Below, piece by piece: positions 12,501 through 26,019 of a stretch of DNA of 64,000 bases (positions within the stretch are counted from its first letter, which is position 1; the number at the start of each line of letters is the position of its first letter). The translations under genes were made by a program, and so were the position numbers. Below the pieces are notes generated by a model, which was given only the letters and a program-made list of their open reading frames with translations, searched no databases and had not been told where the DNA came from. Source of the stretch: Pavona decussata (taxonomy: Eukaryota); contig CDRNST010000060.1 of assembly GCA_977016875.1 (NCBI GenBank), positions 2,046,001 through 2,110,000 of the forward strand, written 5' to 3'.

Positions 12501-14142
12501 AACAACGAGCTAAAAAGTGGCCATGGATGCTTATGAGAGGTGGCAGATCATTAGATAGGTTCCAAATTTTTAATAGTGATTTAACCACGAAAATTGTGGT
12601 ATAATTTTAGGAAAAGCAGTCACTTATGGGAGGTCCCTGTGAACCACCTCTTACAAGCAAACAGGTTTGACTGTAAGTAAGAATACTGCGCAGTACTGTT
12701 GTTGTATTTATTGTAATACATACATAACCACAAGTTAACTATTCTGCTTGACTAATATAAGTTTATACCTTTTCTTCATCTTGATAAATAGGGCACTGTC
12801 ACACTACTTTGAGACAACTGTAAGAAGTCTAGCTAGCATCGTCTTCTAACTCGAACTGTAACTCGAACCGGAACTCAAACTTAGGGGTATAGAATGGTAA
12901 AATCCGAGACCCGCTGAGACGCCGAGACCTTCATTTAAAATCCGAGACCGAGACTTAACTGCTTTTTCTAAATCCGAGCCCGAGACGTCGCGATGCAAAA
13001 CGTGTTTTTTACTAACACTGCCGAAAAGCATAGTACAGCAATTTACGAACAGAATTTATCCAAGCTTACATGTTTCACAGAAGCTGCAGAAGTGATTGCG
13101 ATGTTGAGCCGTTTTTCAAGATTATTGTTTGTTGTCAGTTTAGGACGGTTAATTCAGACTTAATTTTCGCTTGGTTTGCGAGACGTCTCTGAGATTGAAA
13201 TTTTAAAATACGAGATTCCGAGACCCGTTTTATTTTTAACGAGTTCGAGATTCCAAGACTCCAGTTTGAGACGCCAAGATTTCGAGACCCGCCGAATATT
13301 TGCCGAGACCCATTATTTTTCAAGGACCATTCTATACCCCTAAACTTGAACTCTACCTCGAATCCAACTCCAATCCAACGACTGTTACTTGCTCCCTAAT
13401 ATTTCTTGTTGTTTATTCAGATCAGAAGCCCAGCGGGAGGACTCTGGTTTCTATCCGCGATAATTTTCGTTTTCGTCGTCAAAACGATGGACTTTGACAA
13501 TCGTATATCGTTCGGGGGCTTTTAAGGTGAAAGCATTGTACAACTTTCTAATTCAGAGCCAATTCAATCCATCCTTTAATTGGCTCTGAATTAGAGAGTT
13601 GTACAGTGCTTTCACCTTAAAAGCACCCGAACGAGAATGTGCACTTAATTAAGTCCTCTACTATGCAATGACACGCTACTTAAGGTTGGGTTTGAATCTC
13701 TATTCTTTTGTATTTACATTGGGTCGCTCCACGCGGCGTAATCCCTAATAAAAACAACATTGATTTGCAAACAAATTATAGGTGAACTGAGCCAACATTT
13801 TATCAGCTATCCTGGCAATATCAGTAAAACTACACTTACCACTGCGATATCATCGCCGTGTGCTTGAAAGTTGCTCATCACAAACTCACTAAGGGACTTT
13901 TCTGGTACCTCAACTGTGTATTTGCTTTCAACAATGCCCGCTCTTGCTGAGCAGAATCTCGAGCTTGGCAATGTTTGTCCAAGAACTCTTGCCCGGAAAT
14001 GGGATACTGTTCTCAAACATTGCGAGAAAGATCGCTTCTCCAATGCAACGGCGCTTCGTGGTGGAAGTAAACCTTTTAACACGCTCCGGTTTAACAATCT
14101 TTTCATACAAACTGGACGCGATGCTTGAAGTACACTCGCCAT
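6599..14142 (-). CDS. 4CL/luciferase-like acyl-CoA synthetase copy A, about 587 aa, with a predicted mitochondrial presequence
   Basis: Exons 14142-13840, 11923-11234, 10857-10683, 9729-9629, 8844-8763, 7762-7617, 6865-6599, all GT/AG and in frame. Motifs [45 protein letters not shown]-terminal ~65 aa rich in Arg/Ser/Leu with one acidic residue. Ends LRGS (no PTS1). Confidence 0.92.
8906..9049 (+). repeat. Long palindromic element with central GGCC-GCA-GGCC hairpin
   Basis: ~70-bp arms ATGTCAAAAAC...GTTTTTGACAT with internal tandem GA/GA mismatches. Confidence 0.8.
9860..10570 (+). repeat. Polypyrimidine (CT-rich) low-complexity tract in intron 3 of copy A, with an internal ~160-bp duplication
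   Basis: Almost pure C/T. CCCCCTCCCTCTCTTCCTCCCTCCTCTCTCTTTTCC... occurs at ~10092 and ~10251. Confidence 0.9.
12883..13341. mobile_element. MITE in intron 1 of copy A
   Basis: TIR AGGGGTATAGAATGGT/ACCATTCTATACCCCT, flanked on both sides by AAACTT, with many internal CGAGAC repeats. Confidence 0.75.
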
Positions 14143-14247
14143 CTTGACCGCGCTTCCGGATTCTGTTGGTGCCTGCGCCTCCCTTCCCCTGCCTTCCCTG
14201 CAAAGTCATCGCGACCGTTCCTCTCCTCCCTTACTCCCAAATAAGTT

Positions 14248-14432
14248 CTAACGAGAGAGGACACAGAAGCTTCGAAAATGGTTCCTAAACTCTGCCAAAC
14301 AGTGCGAACATGACTGGAAATGACGGGAGAGGATCAGGAAGAAAATACGCTTCGGTTGAACAATCTTTTCGTACAAACAGAACGCGATACACGATACTTG
14401 AAATATATACTCGCCATGTTGACCGCGCTTCC
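14248..14432 (-). pseudogene. Diverged duplicate of the 5' UTR and presequence-coding start of copy A exon 1
   Basis: GGAAGCGCGGTCAA(c/g)ATGGCGAGT is shared with the copy A start. Translates MASIYFKYRVSRSVCTKRLFNRSVFSS* versus [23 protein letters not shown]. Confidence 0.7.
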
Positions 14433-14457
14433 TGGTTAGTCCCGCGCTGAACACAGT

Positions 14458-14775
14458 GGGGAGCTTTAGCAACGTCAGCGGAAACGTGAATTCGCATTTT
14501 TTCAAACGTCGTCGCGATTATTCTTATTTGCTTTAAATGTAAAATGCAGGTGAAATTTCAGGCCTGGAGTTGATTTCTTGGAGACAGCTTTCAAGTTTAG
14601 AAAGAGAAAAAAACAGTTCGTCGTCGTGTGTTTACGTCCTCCATAAAACGTCCCATCATGAAATTTCACGTCCCAGTCGTGCAGTGACGGCAAAGAAATG
14701 TACCAAAAATTGTAATCCACGCGCAGAGTTGTTGTTTTGGTTATTAAGGCTATTGCTTTTTTGACGTTCTCGTTC
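14458..14775. mobile_element. Dispersed non-autonomous element; second copy at ~27147-27505
   Basis: Shared blocks such as GTGCAGTGACGGCAAAGAAATGTACCAAAAA and TTGACGTTCTCGTT in both copies. Confidence 0.7.
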
Positions 14776-15861
14776 AGGTGCAGTGAAATGTCTTCCCCCC
14801 TCCCTACCAAACTCTTCGCAATTAAAACAAGAAAACCATAAATGACTCGTTTATTCTCACTGTACTCCTTTAATTATTAATCTTAATCTGCCTTGCAGAT
14901 TTCTGACAGATTTTCTTACAACCCAATTGAGCTAATTAAAAAGTTTAAAAAAAAAAAGATAGCGTGATATTGTTTTACTTCCGCAAACTCGTTCCCAGGG
15001 CTTCGTGAAAAGGACCCTGTATGCGGATCGTCACGTGGCACCCAAAATCTGGGTGCTTGACCAAATTTGTCGGTGGGAGGGGTATCAAAGTATATGGTAA
15101 TACCGTTTTCTCAGAAAGGCCTGAGATGTCCGAGAAGTCTGTTGCGAAGGTACACCAAAGGTACGCTAACTCTGCAAGTATGGAACAGAAGTTACGATAC
15201 ACTTGTCGGTTTACAGCTCTCATACTAGCGTTTTATAACATCTCTCTTACAAACAGCCAATGTTGGCAAAACCTTCCTGACATACGCTCTTCCTTGAATC
15301 TCTATAACTATAAAACTATAAAACTTCAACAAGCTATTTATTTTCTCTATTTATCTATTTATTCTCTATTTATTTGTTAAAGCTTTGACTAACCAAGAAA
15401 AGCTAATAGAGTGGCGAGGGACACACAACAGAGCGCATATAAAATTTACTTATAAATCATTCTATATCTTAAGTGAGCTATATCTATTAAAATACCCAAG
15501 AAAGCTATATATTAAAACTATATCTATACACTTAAAAAGCTACGATCTAGATGAAATAATTATTTGAAAAGTATCACAAGTATTATGATCATTATGTTAA
15601 TAACAGCATACATTAAATCGTAAAATATTACACACTACACAGCACTTACGGCAGATAGATTTCCAAGTGTTACAGGTGTTGACCGATCGTAAGATTAACT
15701 TAGCCTGTTGTACAGGAATGCACAAAAATAAGTACGTTCTAAGAATACTATGTATTCAAATTAGGCAGTATTATAATATTCATTCTGCGTGGTGTTTTAT
15801 CTTGGCTGGAACGAAATTCAATAATCATGATTTTAATCACCACCTGAATCGTTTGCGCCAG

Positions 15862-18800
15862 TTATAACTTGGATCGTGATTGACTCTGGCTGTTTCCACC
15901 TCGTAGCAGACGTCGCAATATTTTTCCACTGGGAGATTTTGGAATCTGGTCAATAAACTCCACCCCACCCCTCAGTTTTTTGTGAGGAGCAACACGCGCA
16001 GCCACGAATTTCACGACATCTTCGGCTGTAACGTCACCACGACGGACCACGAAGGCCTTCGGCAGCTCTCCAGCTTCAAGATCGGGAACACCGATCACTG
16101 CTACGTCATCGATGTTCGGGTGAGTAATCAATAACGCTTCGAGTTCGGCAGGAGCGACCTAAAACAACACGAAGAGTCCATAATGGTACAGATGGCATGC
16201 ATTGACAAGCGCGGGAAAATTTTACTGTGGTAGCCGTGAAAAAAAAAATTGTAACCGATTGCAAGCGCGGGAAAAGTCGCGTCGAGGCTAAATTGACAGC
16301 AAATGAGTGCTAGGAGCGGACGAAAATCAGTCCGATTTATTAAAATATCTGTGGCAGAGTGCTACAGATTTTTGAATCAGACCGACTTTCACCAACGCTA
16401 CACCAACAGAAAAGGAAATTGGCCGACAAATGGAAACGTGTTAACTGGCCCGTAAGATTGAACAGCATTGATAAACTGGTACAACCCAAAGGCAATTGGA
16501 TTGGTTATACACGAACTGTCTCACATGCAGGACTGAGGGTAGAGACGTAAATGGTCAGAGCTCGTTGCACACCGCGGAGTTCATTTATATAGCTTATTAA
16601 GTAGCAAACGAAATAAAAGGCTCCAAAACAAATGCAAAACGTCTGGAAAGAGGCAACAGAGAGAAAATTTGACGTCGATGACAACCGCGTGAAGCCATGT
16701 AACCAAGGAGGCCCAAAGGAAGATGCAGAGGAGACGGCAACAAGAACGTCACAAAATGAGCAACACAAGAGCTCTGCACATGCATTAAAAAATTGTAGTA
16801 CATAGAGGATATCACTTGGCGGCGCGAAGATATGAATTTTATCTTCGAGTGGTAAAATATTGTTTTTAACAAGAGAAAATAAAAAAAAAATTCATATCTT
16901 CAAGCCACCGTGTAATTTTCTTTTCATTATATAGACAAATCTATCGCTCGCCATTTTTCACCCACTGTTTGCACAAACGACCGTGAAAAAGCGGGAAATG
17001 ACGTCATCAATATCCTCACTAGTAAGGATATGGAAAATACGCCACTCGGTTCCCGGATGAAGTTTCGTAGGAATTTTACGAGTGGTGTATTTTCCAGTAA
17101 AACACTCCTGTCTATATAATATAAATAAGTATTTCTAGGTGACGTTTACGGGAGCAAGACGACGTGTGACTAGCAGCTAGCAGAAGATGAAACCGGTGAC
17201 AAAAACAGCGAAAAGAACGTTGACTGGGGTTAGCATCTTATTGAGGTGATTGGCTAACAGACGGAATAGACCCTCATCACTCGGCGGCCATGTTGAGTCT
17301 CAGGAGAATAAAAGGCTTTGTTTTCGCACGGCAAGCCTCGCCCAGACGCGAATTTAGTGCGAGGCTTACAGTGCAAAAACAAAGCTTTTTATTCTCCTGA
17401 GACTCAACATGGCCGCCGTGTGATTAAGGTCTATTCCGTCTTATTCATTGGCTCCAGTATTTTGAGCAGAGGGTTTGAAGTGAGACTTGACACAAACCCA
17501 AACAGTTCGGAGAGTGCACAAGAAAGTACTCTACCTGAAATCCTTTGTATTTTATTAACTCCTTAATTCGATCCACGATGTAAAAGTATCCTTCCTCGTC
17601 ATAATGGCCAGCATCACCGGTGTGAACCCAGCCTTCACTATCGATCGTTCGGGCTGTGGCTTCTGGTTTGTTTAAATAACCTGTGTGAATGAGATACAAA
17701 GGAAAGGCCCATCAAATCAGGCCTTTAACTTAAACGAAAGCATGCGAAGTATCAAGGGCGGTGGGAAAACATGTAAACGAGGCCAACGGCGGGAAAACAT
17801 GAAGCCGTACCAAGCGCGAGAAAACATGAAGCCATGCCAAGCGAGGGAAAACACGTAAGCAGTGCCAATCGTGGCAAAATGAAACCGATATTTGGCAATT
17901 TTCTCGATATCGATATATCGATACCGATATCGTGACGTCATCGTCATAGACTTTTCTGCAATGTTATCACCTACACTCTAAAAACACTCTTTACGGTCCG
18001 GTTAAACATTAAAACAAAAAACACACAGCTCTGGCGACTGAGTTTCAACTTTAAATTTGTGGTACTTACTTTGAGCTCAGAGCAACAGCACATACACAAA
18101 AAAAAAAAAATATCGCTTGCAAGTGATAACTTCCCTATCCTAGACAAGGTGAGTCCTCTTCGAACAAACTTGTTATATCAAATTCCCTGAGAAATCTGAG
18201 TTCCTCGGATTATTCCAAGATGCATAGAACGTAACCGCACGGATAAAAAAGGTCAAATTCCTTTAAAAATACCTTTCATAACTGTGGGACCCCTGATATA
18301 AATCTCCCCATCTTCATTCGGCCCCAGTGGGACTTGAGTCTCTTGATGGACAACCTGCCAATCAAACGATCAACGTCAAAGACGGTTATCACTTAAAAAA
18401 CATCATCTAAAGGTTTCACTGGTGAAGTAGGAAAACCGTGCAACTATCACCTTGCATTCCAGGTTTGGCAGAGGAACACCGCAGGAGTTTGGCTTGCATC
18501 CAAAGACCGGGTTAAGGTGGGTACCAGACACGCACTCTGTCAAACCATACCCTGCATTATAAACAAGACAGCTGATTAGTGTAGGAAATTAACAGGCAAG
18601 ATGGTTGTTTCGTAGTGAAAGAAAACAGTCTTCTTCATTGCCAATTTATATTTCCATTAAAGTGGCAAAAAAAGGAGCCTTATTCAACAAGAGAATGGGT
18701 AGAAGCAAGAGAGGATAAACATCCTCTCTTGGTAGGAGAGAAGCAATAGCACAATGCTGGCTGTGAAGCAGCCTTATGATTTTTACGGTCTGTACAAACA

Positions 18801-21800
18801 AGAAACAGGTAGTCAGTCCATTGATGGTCCGTAAATTTCATGTCAGAATTTCATGCTTTCCTGACCGAGGAATGAGACAGATTGATGGTCTGGACAGACT
18901 GTAAAAGACTGTAACTTCTATATCATTATCATCATTGCCATTATCATTACTATTGACATTTTATGGGGACCATTTCCTGGAGCCATTTCACCTGAAGTCC
19001 AGTTGGGCATCACCCCAAGAATTTAGACGGACAATGACCAAATTGTGGCCATCCTGGGGGGTGCTAAATTGGCAACATCATCTCTAAAGTTAAGATACCA
19101 CTATTCTGAAGGTGACTCATTAAACTCATCATCATCATCAACAATGACAAAACATCATCATCATTATTACTATTAAGGGTAGGAGCAGAGGTAGGGGGAC
19201 AGAGGAGTAAACTGCCCAATATAAGAAATAAACATTATTATTATTATTATTACATTTTTGTATATATTTGTAATCAATATGTATAATGAGAGAGATGTAT
19301 TATTCAGTAAGTGACACAGGCATACCCGGAAAAAATCTGAGTGCTCCAATCAGAAGTCGAACCTAAGACCTTTCGATTACTAGTCCTGATGCATTTTTTT
19401 GGGGTATGCCTGTGTCACTTACTGAATAATACATCATTCTCATTTATTCACTAGGTTTAAAATATTCCATTACATTTATTCTATTGCGAATATGTGTAAT
19501 GGTAGGTGAAAAGTATCGGGAGTGTGCTAAGCAGGCAGTGAAGTCTGTTTGATTAGTAAGAAGAGACAGGGGAAGAGGATTTAAAAAAAAACACTTCCAC
19601 TTTCAAACCGACGGGTCTTTAAAATTACACACTCTACCTTGCCTGACATGCTTTATGTGAGGAAATCTCCTTTTCAGTGCTCTCATTAATTCCTCTCCAA
19701 CTGGTGCTCCACCACAAAGAACATCCACCAGGGTGCTTAGTTTGTAGTTATCAACCATCGGATGTTTAGCCAAGAACAGAAGCAATGGAGGGACAAGTGG
19801 AGCAATGGTCACCTGAATCAAACCAACAGTTGAAGGGCTGAGATCAAGCATAACCGATCCAAATGACTAAGATTCACCAAAGTTTTTGCATACATGTCAC
19901 CTTAAATTCCTTCAACAAATGTTGCTCCAATGTATTATCTGCTGCTTTGTGCTTTGCTTGCAATAAAAACCTATGATTATGGACAAGATTTCTGTTTTTA
20001 TCACAAAATGAAGTGCAGAGCAGTGGGTAAAACATTAGGGGTAGAAAAGAATGAGTCTTGCACCCTTCTCGTACATGTATGTAGATAATAAGAGAGTTAA
20101 ATCTACCCGAAATTTTGAAAAAGGTGGCCAAAAAAACTTGAGGAGCAGAAAGAGGTGTTGAGAAGGGCAATTTTTAATTATACCTTATAATCATCCAATG
20201 TCTGTAGAAACATCTTTGGTTCAAATCCTTGCAAAATGATAAGTTCACATCCTCTAGACAAGGCCAGTCCCATTGTGAAAGATTGGCTATAGCCATGGAA
20301 GAGAGGCAATATGGTCAAGACAGTCTCATGCATTCGCCAATTGAGAAATCCTTCACCTCCAATAATACATGCCTCTGCGATCAGGTTGTAGTGTGTAAGC
20401 ATGCAACCCTTAGGCAAGCCTGTTGTACCACTGGAGTAGAGTAAAACTGCGACATCTTCCTTGGGGTTAATGTTGACATTACTTGGAAATCTAGAGCCAT
20501 CATCTTGAATCAACTCCTCAAAAGACTCAAACCCCTTGACTTTTCCAATCGTGAAAGTGCCAGCAATACCAACTTGTAAAGCAGCTCTTTGTGCAATACC
20601 AAGGTACTCTCGATCAGTTATTAAATACCTGGCGCTGCAGTCTCGCAGCTGGTGTACAAGTTCTTGCACTCCATACTGGGGGTTGATTGTCGTTACAGTA
20701 ACACCAAGAAACAAGGATCCATAGTACACAATAGGGAACTGGGCCTTGTTAGGAAGATAGATGGCTAGCACATCACCTTTCTTAACTCCTCTCTTGGCCA
20801 GGGCAGATGCGAAGTTCCTGGTCAAAATCTTAAGTTGTTTAAAGGTGTAGTGACAACCAGATGAGGGATGAGTCTGAAAAATGCAAAATTTGCAAAACAT
20901 ACCAGTATTTAAACCTTCAAAGCCTCAACATTAATATTAGTATAACATGTATTTTTTCACTGTCCTCTTACTGTCCTCTAATTAAGATGAGAGGGTTCAG
21001 AAACCCAGCGGCAGATAGTCGGGGGGGAGTGGAAATGAATGATTGGTTTTAGTGACAGAGTTGATAACACATGTAATTTGGCCACTGTAAAGAGAATGGA
21101 GTGCTCACATTTTGAGCAGTAGACCTTTGTCAGAGCAAACGATTTGAATCTCTTTACACGTGACTGGCCAAATTACCATCAGCTCTTTTGATATTAAACC
21201 AAACACTCCCTTATGGTACCTTCAGTTGGGAGAATTTCAAACAATGAAAGAACTTCTCTTTGTTGATCATTTCCTGTATTCTTGTGATCTGCTGAACCAA
21301 ACGACTAGTGAACTATATGATGGGGTTGGTTAGTAGAGTGAACATGTGAATTGAAAGCCGCTGTGATGAACTTTAAAGCGTCAAATCTTTCATGGTGAGT
21401 TGGCATGTCACATGACATTGATCATGCACAGTTGATACCAATATGGATGACGGTATGTCTGGACTCTTTAACTTTGAAGAAGATTTTGAAGCGATACTAG
21501 CCCCCCCCCCCCCCCCCTCTACTAACAATGATATGAGCATGGGGCTACTAAAAAGAAGATTTTAGTCTCTGGCTGGCAGCGGGCGAACTCCTGTGGTATG
21601 TCTGATTACACACTGATATTGGAAGGAGAAATTAGATTCTCGTCACTTTTAGGGCTTAATTTAAAGGGTTAAGTGATTGTCATTAGTCTAGTGTGTTGAC
21701 TGCATAAACATAAATAACCGGTTATTTTACAAAACCCCACTTCCCAATTGTCATCATGGTGCACCATTTCCCTGGCGTCGGCAACCATTTGCCGTAGAAC

Positions 21801-23685
21801 TTTGACAATTTTGGCACATCTTTGGCGTGTGACAGTGGGAGGTACAGTAGCTTGCTAGCATTTTTTCAAGCATTTTAGTGAGACTAAAGCATTAAGCATT
21901 ATTTTTTGAGCATTTCAGTAGCATTATTGCCCCCAAAATATTTTTTAAGATAAAAATAAAAATACTTGGCCTTTTAAAAGATCAAGCATCAAAGCCAGGA
22001 CGAATAAATAATACATGACTTAATATTTGTCGTGTTAAATTTTATTCATATTATTTTGTATAAATAAATAAATCATTGATTTGGCATCGACAAAAGCCGG
22101 ATCGGACCTGATGGGATCACAGATCGTATCAGGTTTTCTCAACGCCGTCATTGATTCATTGTCGAGTTAGGCCCGGTTCATACGTCGAACTTTACATGAG
22201 CCGAACCTAATCATTTGGTTCGGCGCATGTAAAGATCGACGTATGAATCAGTTAGGATCGACAGATTTGTATTTGGGTCGACCCGCCGTTTTATTCGACT
22301 GCGCCAGTCGAATAGAACGGCAAAAGTTCGATTTTGATTCAGACGTCGAACTTTACATGTGCCGAACCAAATGCATACGTTACGTATACATTATATAAAT
22401 TATATCTATCCCAGAGGTCTGCGCGTTCCATCGACTTGGCATGCGCAAAGGACTTCATTCTGAACAAGATGGTGGGAAAAGAGGAATGCGCTTGTTCTTC
22501 TTGTTTCGAAACAACCAAATATACTTGTCTGGGATGCGAAAGATTACAAAAAAAAAAAATGGATCTATTCTTGATGTGCACACGCACTTCAAACTGACAG
22601 AAACTTTCCAATAAAGGCTATATCAAAGGCGAAGCCTCAAGACTTCTCAGAACAAAATCTTCTAAAACAACATTTGAAGAAAACATTACTCTATTCAAAC
22701 AGAGATTACGCTACAGAGGTTACCTCGATAACCTTATAGATAAAACTCTTTCAGAAGTCAATTTCCGCGAAAGAATGCCGGCACTACAAAACAAACAAAA
22801 AACGCGCAAAAACACTTTGCCGTTTGTGACGGAAAACTAACCCTAAAAAACCTAAAACAATTCAGATGAGTAAATGGCACTTGATAGAAAATCAGCCTCT
22901 GCTAAGAGAGATACAAAGATCCTTCCCTACTTTCGTACAGAAAAGGGAGATCTTTGAAAGACGTACTCGTAATAGCAAATTAGCTTTGAAGGTCATATTC
23001 TTCCTATCTCGACCAATAGGAGCTGTGTTTGGCCTGTCTTCATTATTTTACCAAACAAGCTCTTCCATGTCAGAATTCATCTTTCCCGCCATTTTGAATC
23101 TTGTCGAGTAAAAACAACAGCCGCTGACCACGAAAACCTATTTTCTCACTTTAACTTTAATTAAGTTCGACTTCAGTTAGGTTCGACGTCTGAATCAACT
23201 ACCGAACTTAATTATTTGGGTCAACCTTAATAGGTATTAGGTTCGGCTCATGTAAAGTTCGACGTATGAACCGGGCCTTAGTTTACCCTGAACTAGTACT
23301 GTTGAATTAATTAATAACATTACTTTCATTAACAAAATAAGCAGGCGTATAATTACTCATTATCCAAGAATTTTAGTGACTTTTTTGGGGTTGACCGAGC
23401 ATTTAAGTGGAAAAGTGGAGCATTTTAGCAGGGAATTAAAAGCATAATGTGCAAAAGCCTAGATGTATGTGTAAATTATAATGAACCGGGGGAGATCTCG
23501 TTAACTCATTACATCCCAAAAATTATGACGCTTTAAAGTAAGACTGTTGCTTCAACGGTCTTACTCCTGCTTACCACTGCTGCACTGTCTCCATATTTAT
23601 CAAAGCTCTGGAACACAAACTGTGGCCAAGAAAGATTATCCGGTATAGGAACTTTACGTCCGCTCCGAACGACTTTCAGAGCCAT
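15862..23685 (-). CDS. 4CL/luciferase-like acyl-CoA synthetase copy B, about 533 aa, peroxisomal (C-terminal SKL)
   Basis: Exons 23685-23575, 20873-20184, 19812-19638, 18551-18451, 18354-18273, 17680-17535, 16158-15862 (internal sizes 690/175/101/82/146, as in copy A). Motifs [32 protein letters not shown]. Ends SRSKL*. Confidence 0.92.
22170..23277. mobile_element. PIF/Harbinger-type non-autonomous element with TTA TSD, in intron 1 of copy B
   Basis: ~42-bp perfect TIR GGCCCGGTTCATACGTCGAACTTTACATGAGCCGAACCTAAT, flanked by tta on both sides. Confidence 0.85.
22575..22985 (+). mobile_element. Penelope-like retroelement fragment (RT thumb/linker), nested in the MITE
   Basis: Degenerate translation [10 protein letters not shown]...[35 protein letters not shown]...LPFVT...[16 protein letters not shown] is typical of the PLE RT C-terminus. 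Confidence 0.7.
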
Positions 23686-23818
23686 CTTGAATCCACAACA
23701 AGCTGGAAACAAGCTCGATTTGGACCCAGTCTCCCGGAGAGCAACTCGGAAAACTCGACTTGCTTCGCTCGGCGCTCGGCCCTACCGACCTTGGTTTTGG
23801 TCTGGAAAATAAGGGGCT

Positions 23819-24058
23819 GGGGCCCGTTTCTCGAAAGACCCGGTAACTTACCGGACCCGTTAAGTGATTTGGTAACAAATGTTTCTTAACAGAAGTCAAT
23901 TTTTGTTAGATTTGAATACTAAATTTTATAATCTTATAATTCTATGAAAACATTTGCGAAGTACCATGTCTGTAATCATTGTGTAATCGGCGAAAAAACA
24001 TTTAAAAATATACTTATCGGGCCCGGTAAGTTACCGGGACTTTCGAAAAACGGGCCCC
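23819..24058. mobile_element. MITE ~130 bp upstream of the copy B start codon
   Basis: TIR GGGGCCCGTTTCTCGAAAGACCCGGTAACTT / AAGTTACCGGGACTTTCGAAAAACGGGCCCC. Confidence 0.75.
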
Positions 24059-24733
24059 AGGCCACTTCGGGGCCCTCCCCTAAATCCACCAATAAATTAA
24101 AAGAGGGAAAAACTACTGAACTTACGGCTGGATTTTGAGCCAACGCAACGATTAGGATAGGGAAGACTGTACTGAAAATTTTTAGCTTATTGCCATATTA
24201 TGAAATGATTAGGACAGAACGACCTTACTGCTGGATCTTAAGAGATAAAGAAACAAGAGGCAGGAGAGGAAAAACTCACTAAGCTAAAGAAATGACTAGA
24301 GCAGGGAAGACTACTGAACTTCGATTGCTGCGTTATAATACATGACTTTATTATTCCACTATTATGTCATTTCACCAAATAAGGTCAAGAGAACGCGCAA
24401 AATATGAGACCGTAATACACTGTAGTGTCCCGGTTTGACCGGTTTACAACAGAGCGAATACGGACGGAAAAGGCAGAAAAAAGGAGCAACAATGTCCGGA
24501 CTGGACGAAGAATAGTTTTTGAAACGATGCAGACTCGAAAACAAGTTTCACTTGTCATTTATCTTTTCATTTTATCTAATCAAATTAAAGACATTTAACT
24601 GGCTTTCTGTGTTGTTTACATCATTCGTACGCGCCATATACCGATGGACAGTTGATGCCGGGTGCATTTGAAAACTGTTACCAAAACAGAGAAGCCAAAA
24701 TAACAAAATCTTTTTGTAGTGGAATAATAAATC

Positions 24734-24875
24734 TCTTATTCGATGGTTTTACATATAATACTCGCGGACATTTTGCTCATTGCTCGTATTTTTCCTCGCC
24801 CCTTCGGGGCTCGGAAAAATACTACGCAACTCGCAAAATATCCGCGCGTATTATATGTAAAACCATCGAATAAGA
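24734..24875 (-). repeat. Long palindromic element with central CCCC-GAA-GGGG hairpin (minus strand)
   Basis: Arms TCTTATTCGATGGTTTTACATATAATAC / GTATTATATGTAAAACCATCGAATAAGA with TC/TC (minus-strand GA/GA) mismatches. Confidence 0.8.
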
Positions 24876-26019
24876 TATATTTATTTTTGTGAGAGAAGTA
24901 ACTAGATAATTTCATGGGCGCAAAAACTAATGCATATTCAGACAGTATGCACATGAGCAATACATCACTACATTGAGCCGACCATGATTTACTAACAGGT
25001 GTATCATGACAGTTCTCGATCTATCTTTCTTGACAGCAAGATCAAGAACTGCTAAGCAGTAATGTATGCGATGTAACTAGATATTCAGCAACAGTGATGT
25101 TTGGCTTTCTGTAATTCCCTCAAAAAGAAAAAGAATTAAAAACGAGCAGGGGAATGTTTTGAGAAGCGAAGCCAAACATGAATCTCTGTTGTCCCAGTTC
25201 ATCCTAAAAACCGCCGATTGGAATTTTCATTCCTAGAAGGTTTAAAAAGCTTCTAGGATAACTTACAACAATTCAAGGCGTGGCAACTGGTAAATGCGAG
25301 ACGGCGAGGCTAGCGTTTATCCTCGCGAGCCCGAGACATTTTGACTTTTTAAATAGCTAGACTGAGACTTTAAAGTGTTTTAAATGCGAGCGCGAGACGT
25401 GCAGACTCTTGAAATAAAAATTCTTGCAGATCTAACAAAGGCCAACTTGCAAAGGAAAATTACTTCTAAGAAAGCTGTTTTGAATGCCGAGCTTTGCCTA
25501 GTTCCTTGGCCTCTCTCTATCTTTCGTCTCTGTACTGTCAATTCATTTCGGACCACGTGGTCCCAGAGAAAAAGCCGTGAAGGCTTTACAGGAACTGGGT
25601 AAAGCGATGCTCAGTGCAGTAAGTAGCCAATTAAAAATATGAATTTTTGACGGGTTGCACGCTTGGATAAAATCATCGAGCATTGAAACACAACGAAACA
25701 GAACAGTAAGGTGTACCAAATCACCCAGTTTTATTTAATTTTTAAAAATCTTGTTTGTAAATTAGTGATCGTAGAGAAATCATTTGCTGTGGATGATCTC
25801 TTAGATACAACACAGCAATCAACTGTACTCAACGATACAGATATGTTTCTTTTTTTATAACATACCTTTTGAAGGTTTTATAGTTTGAAATCTTTCACAT
25901 AAATATGTGGTAATCTTTAAAAACAATATGTGGTACAATTCAGCGAGATCAACCCTGATATTATGAAATGCTGCCTTGAGGACCACAGACAATCCCCGAA
26001 CGTAGAGGTGTACATGTTA

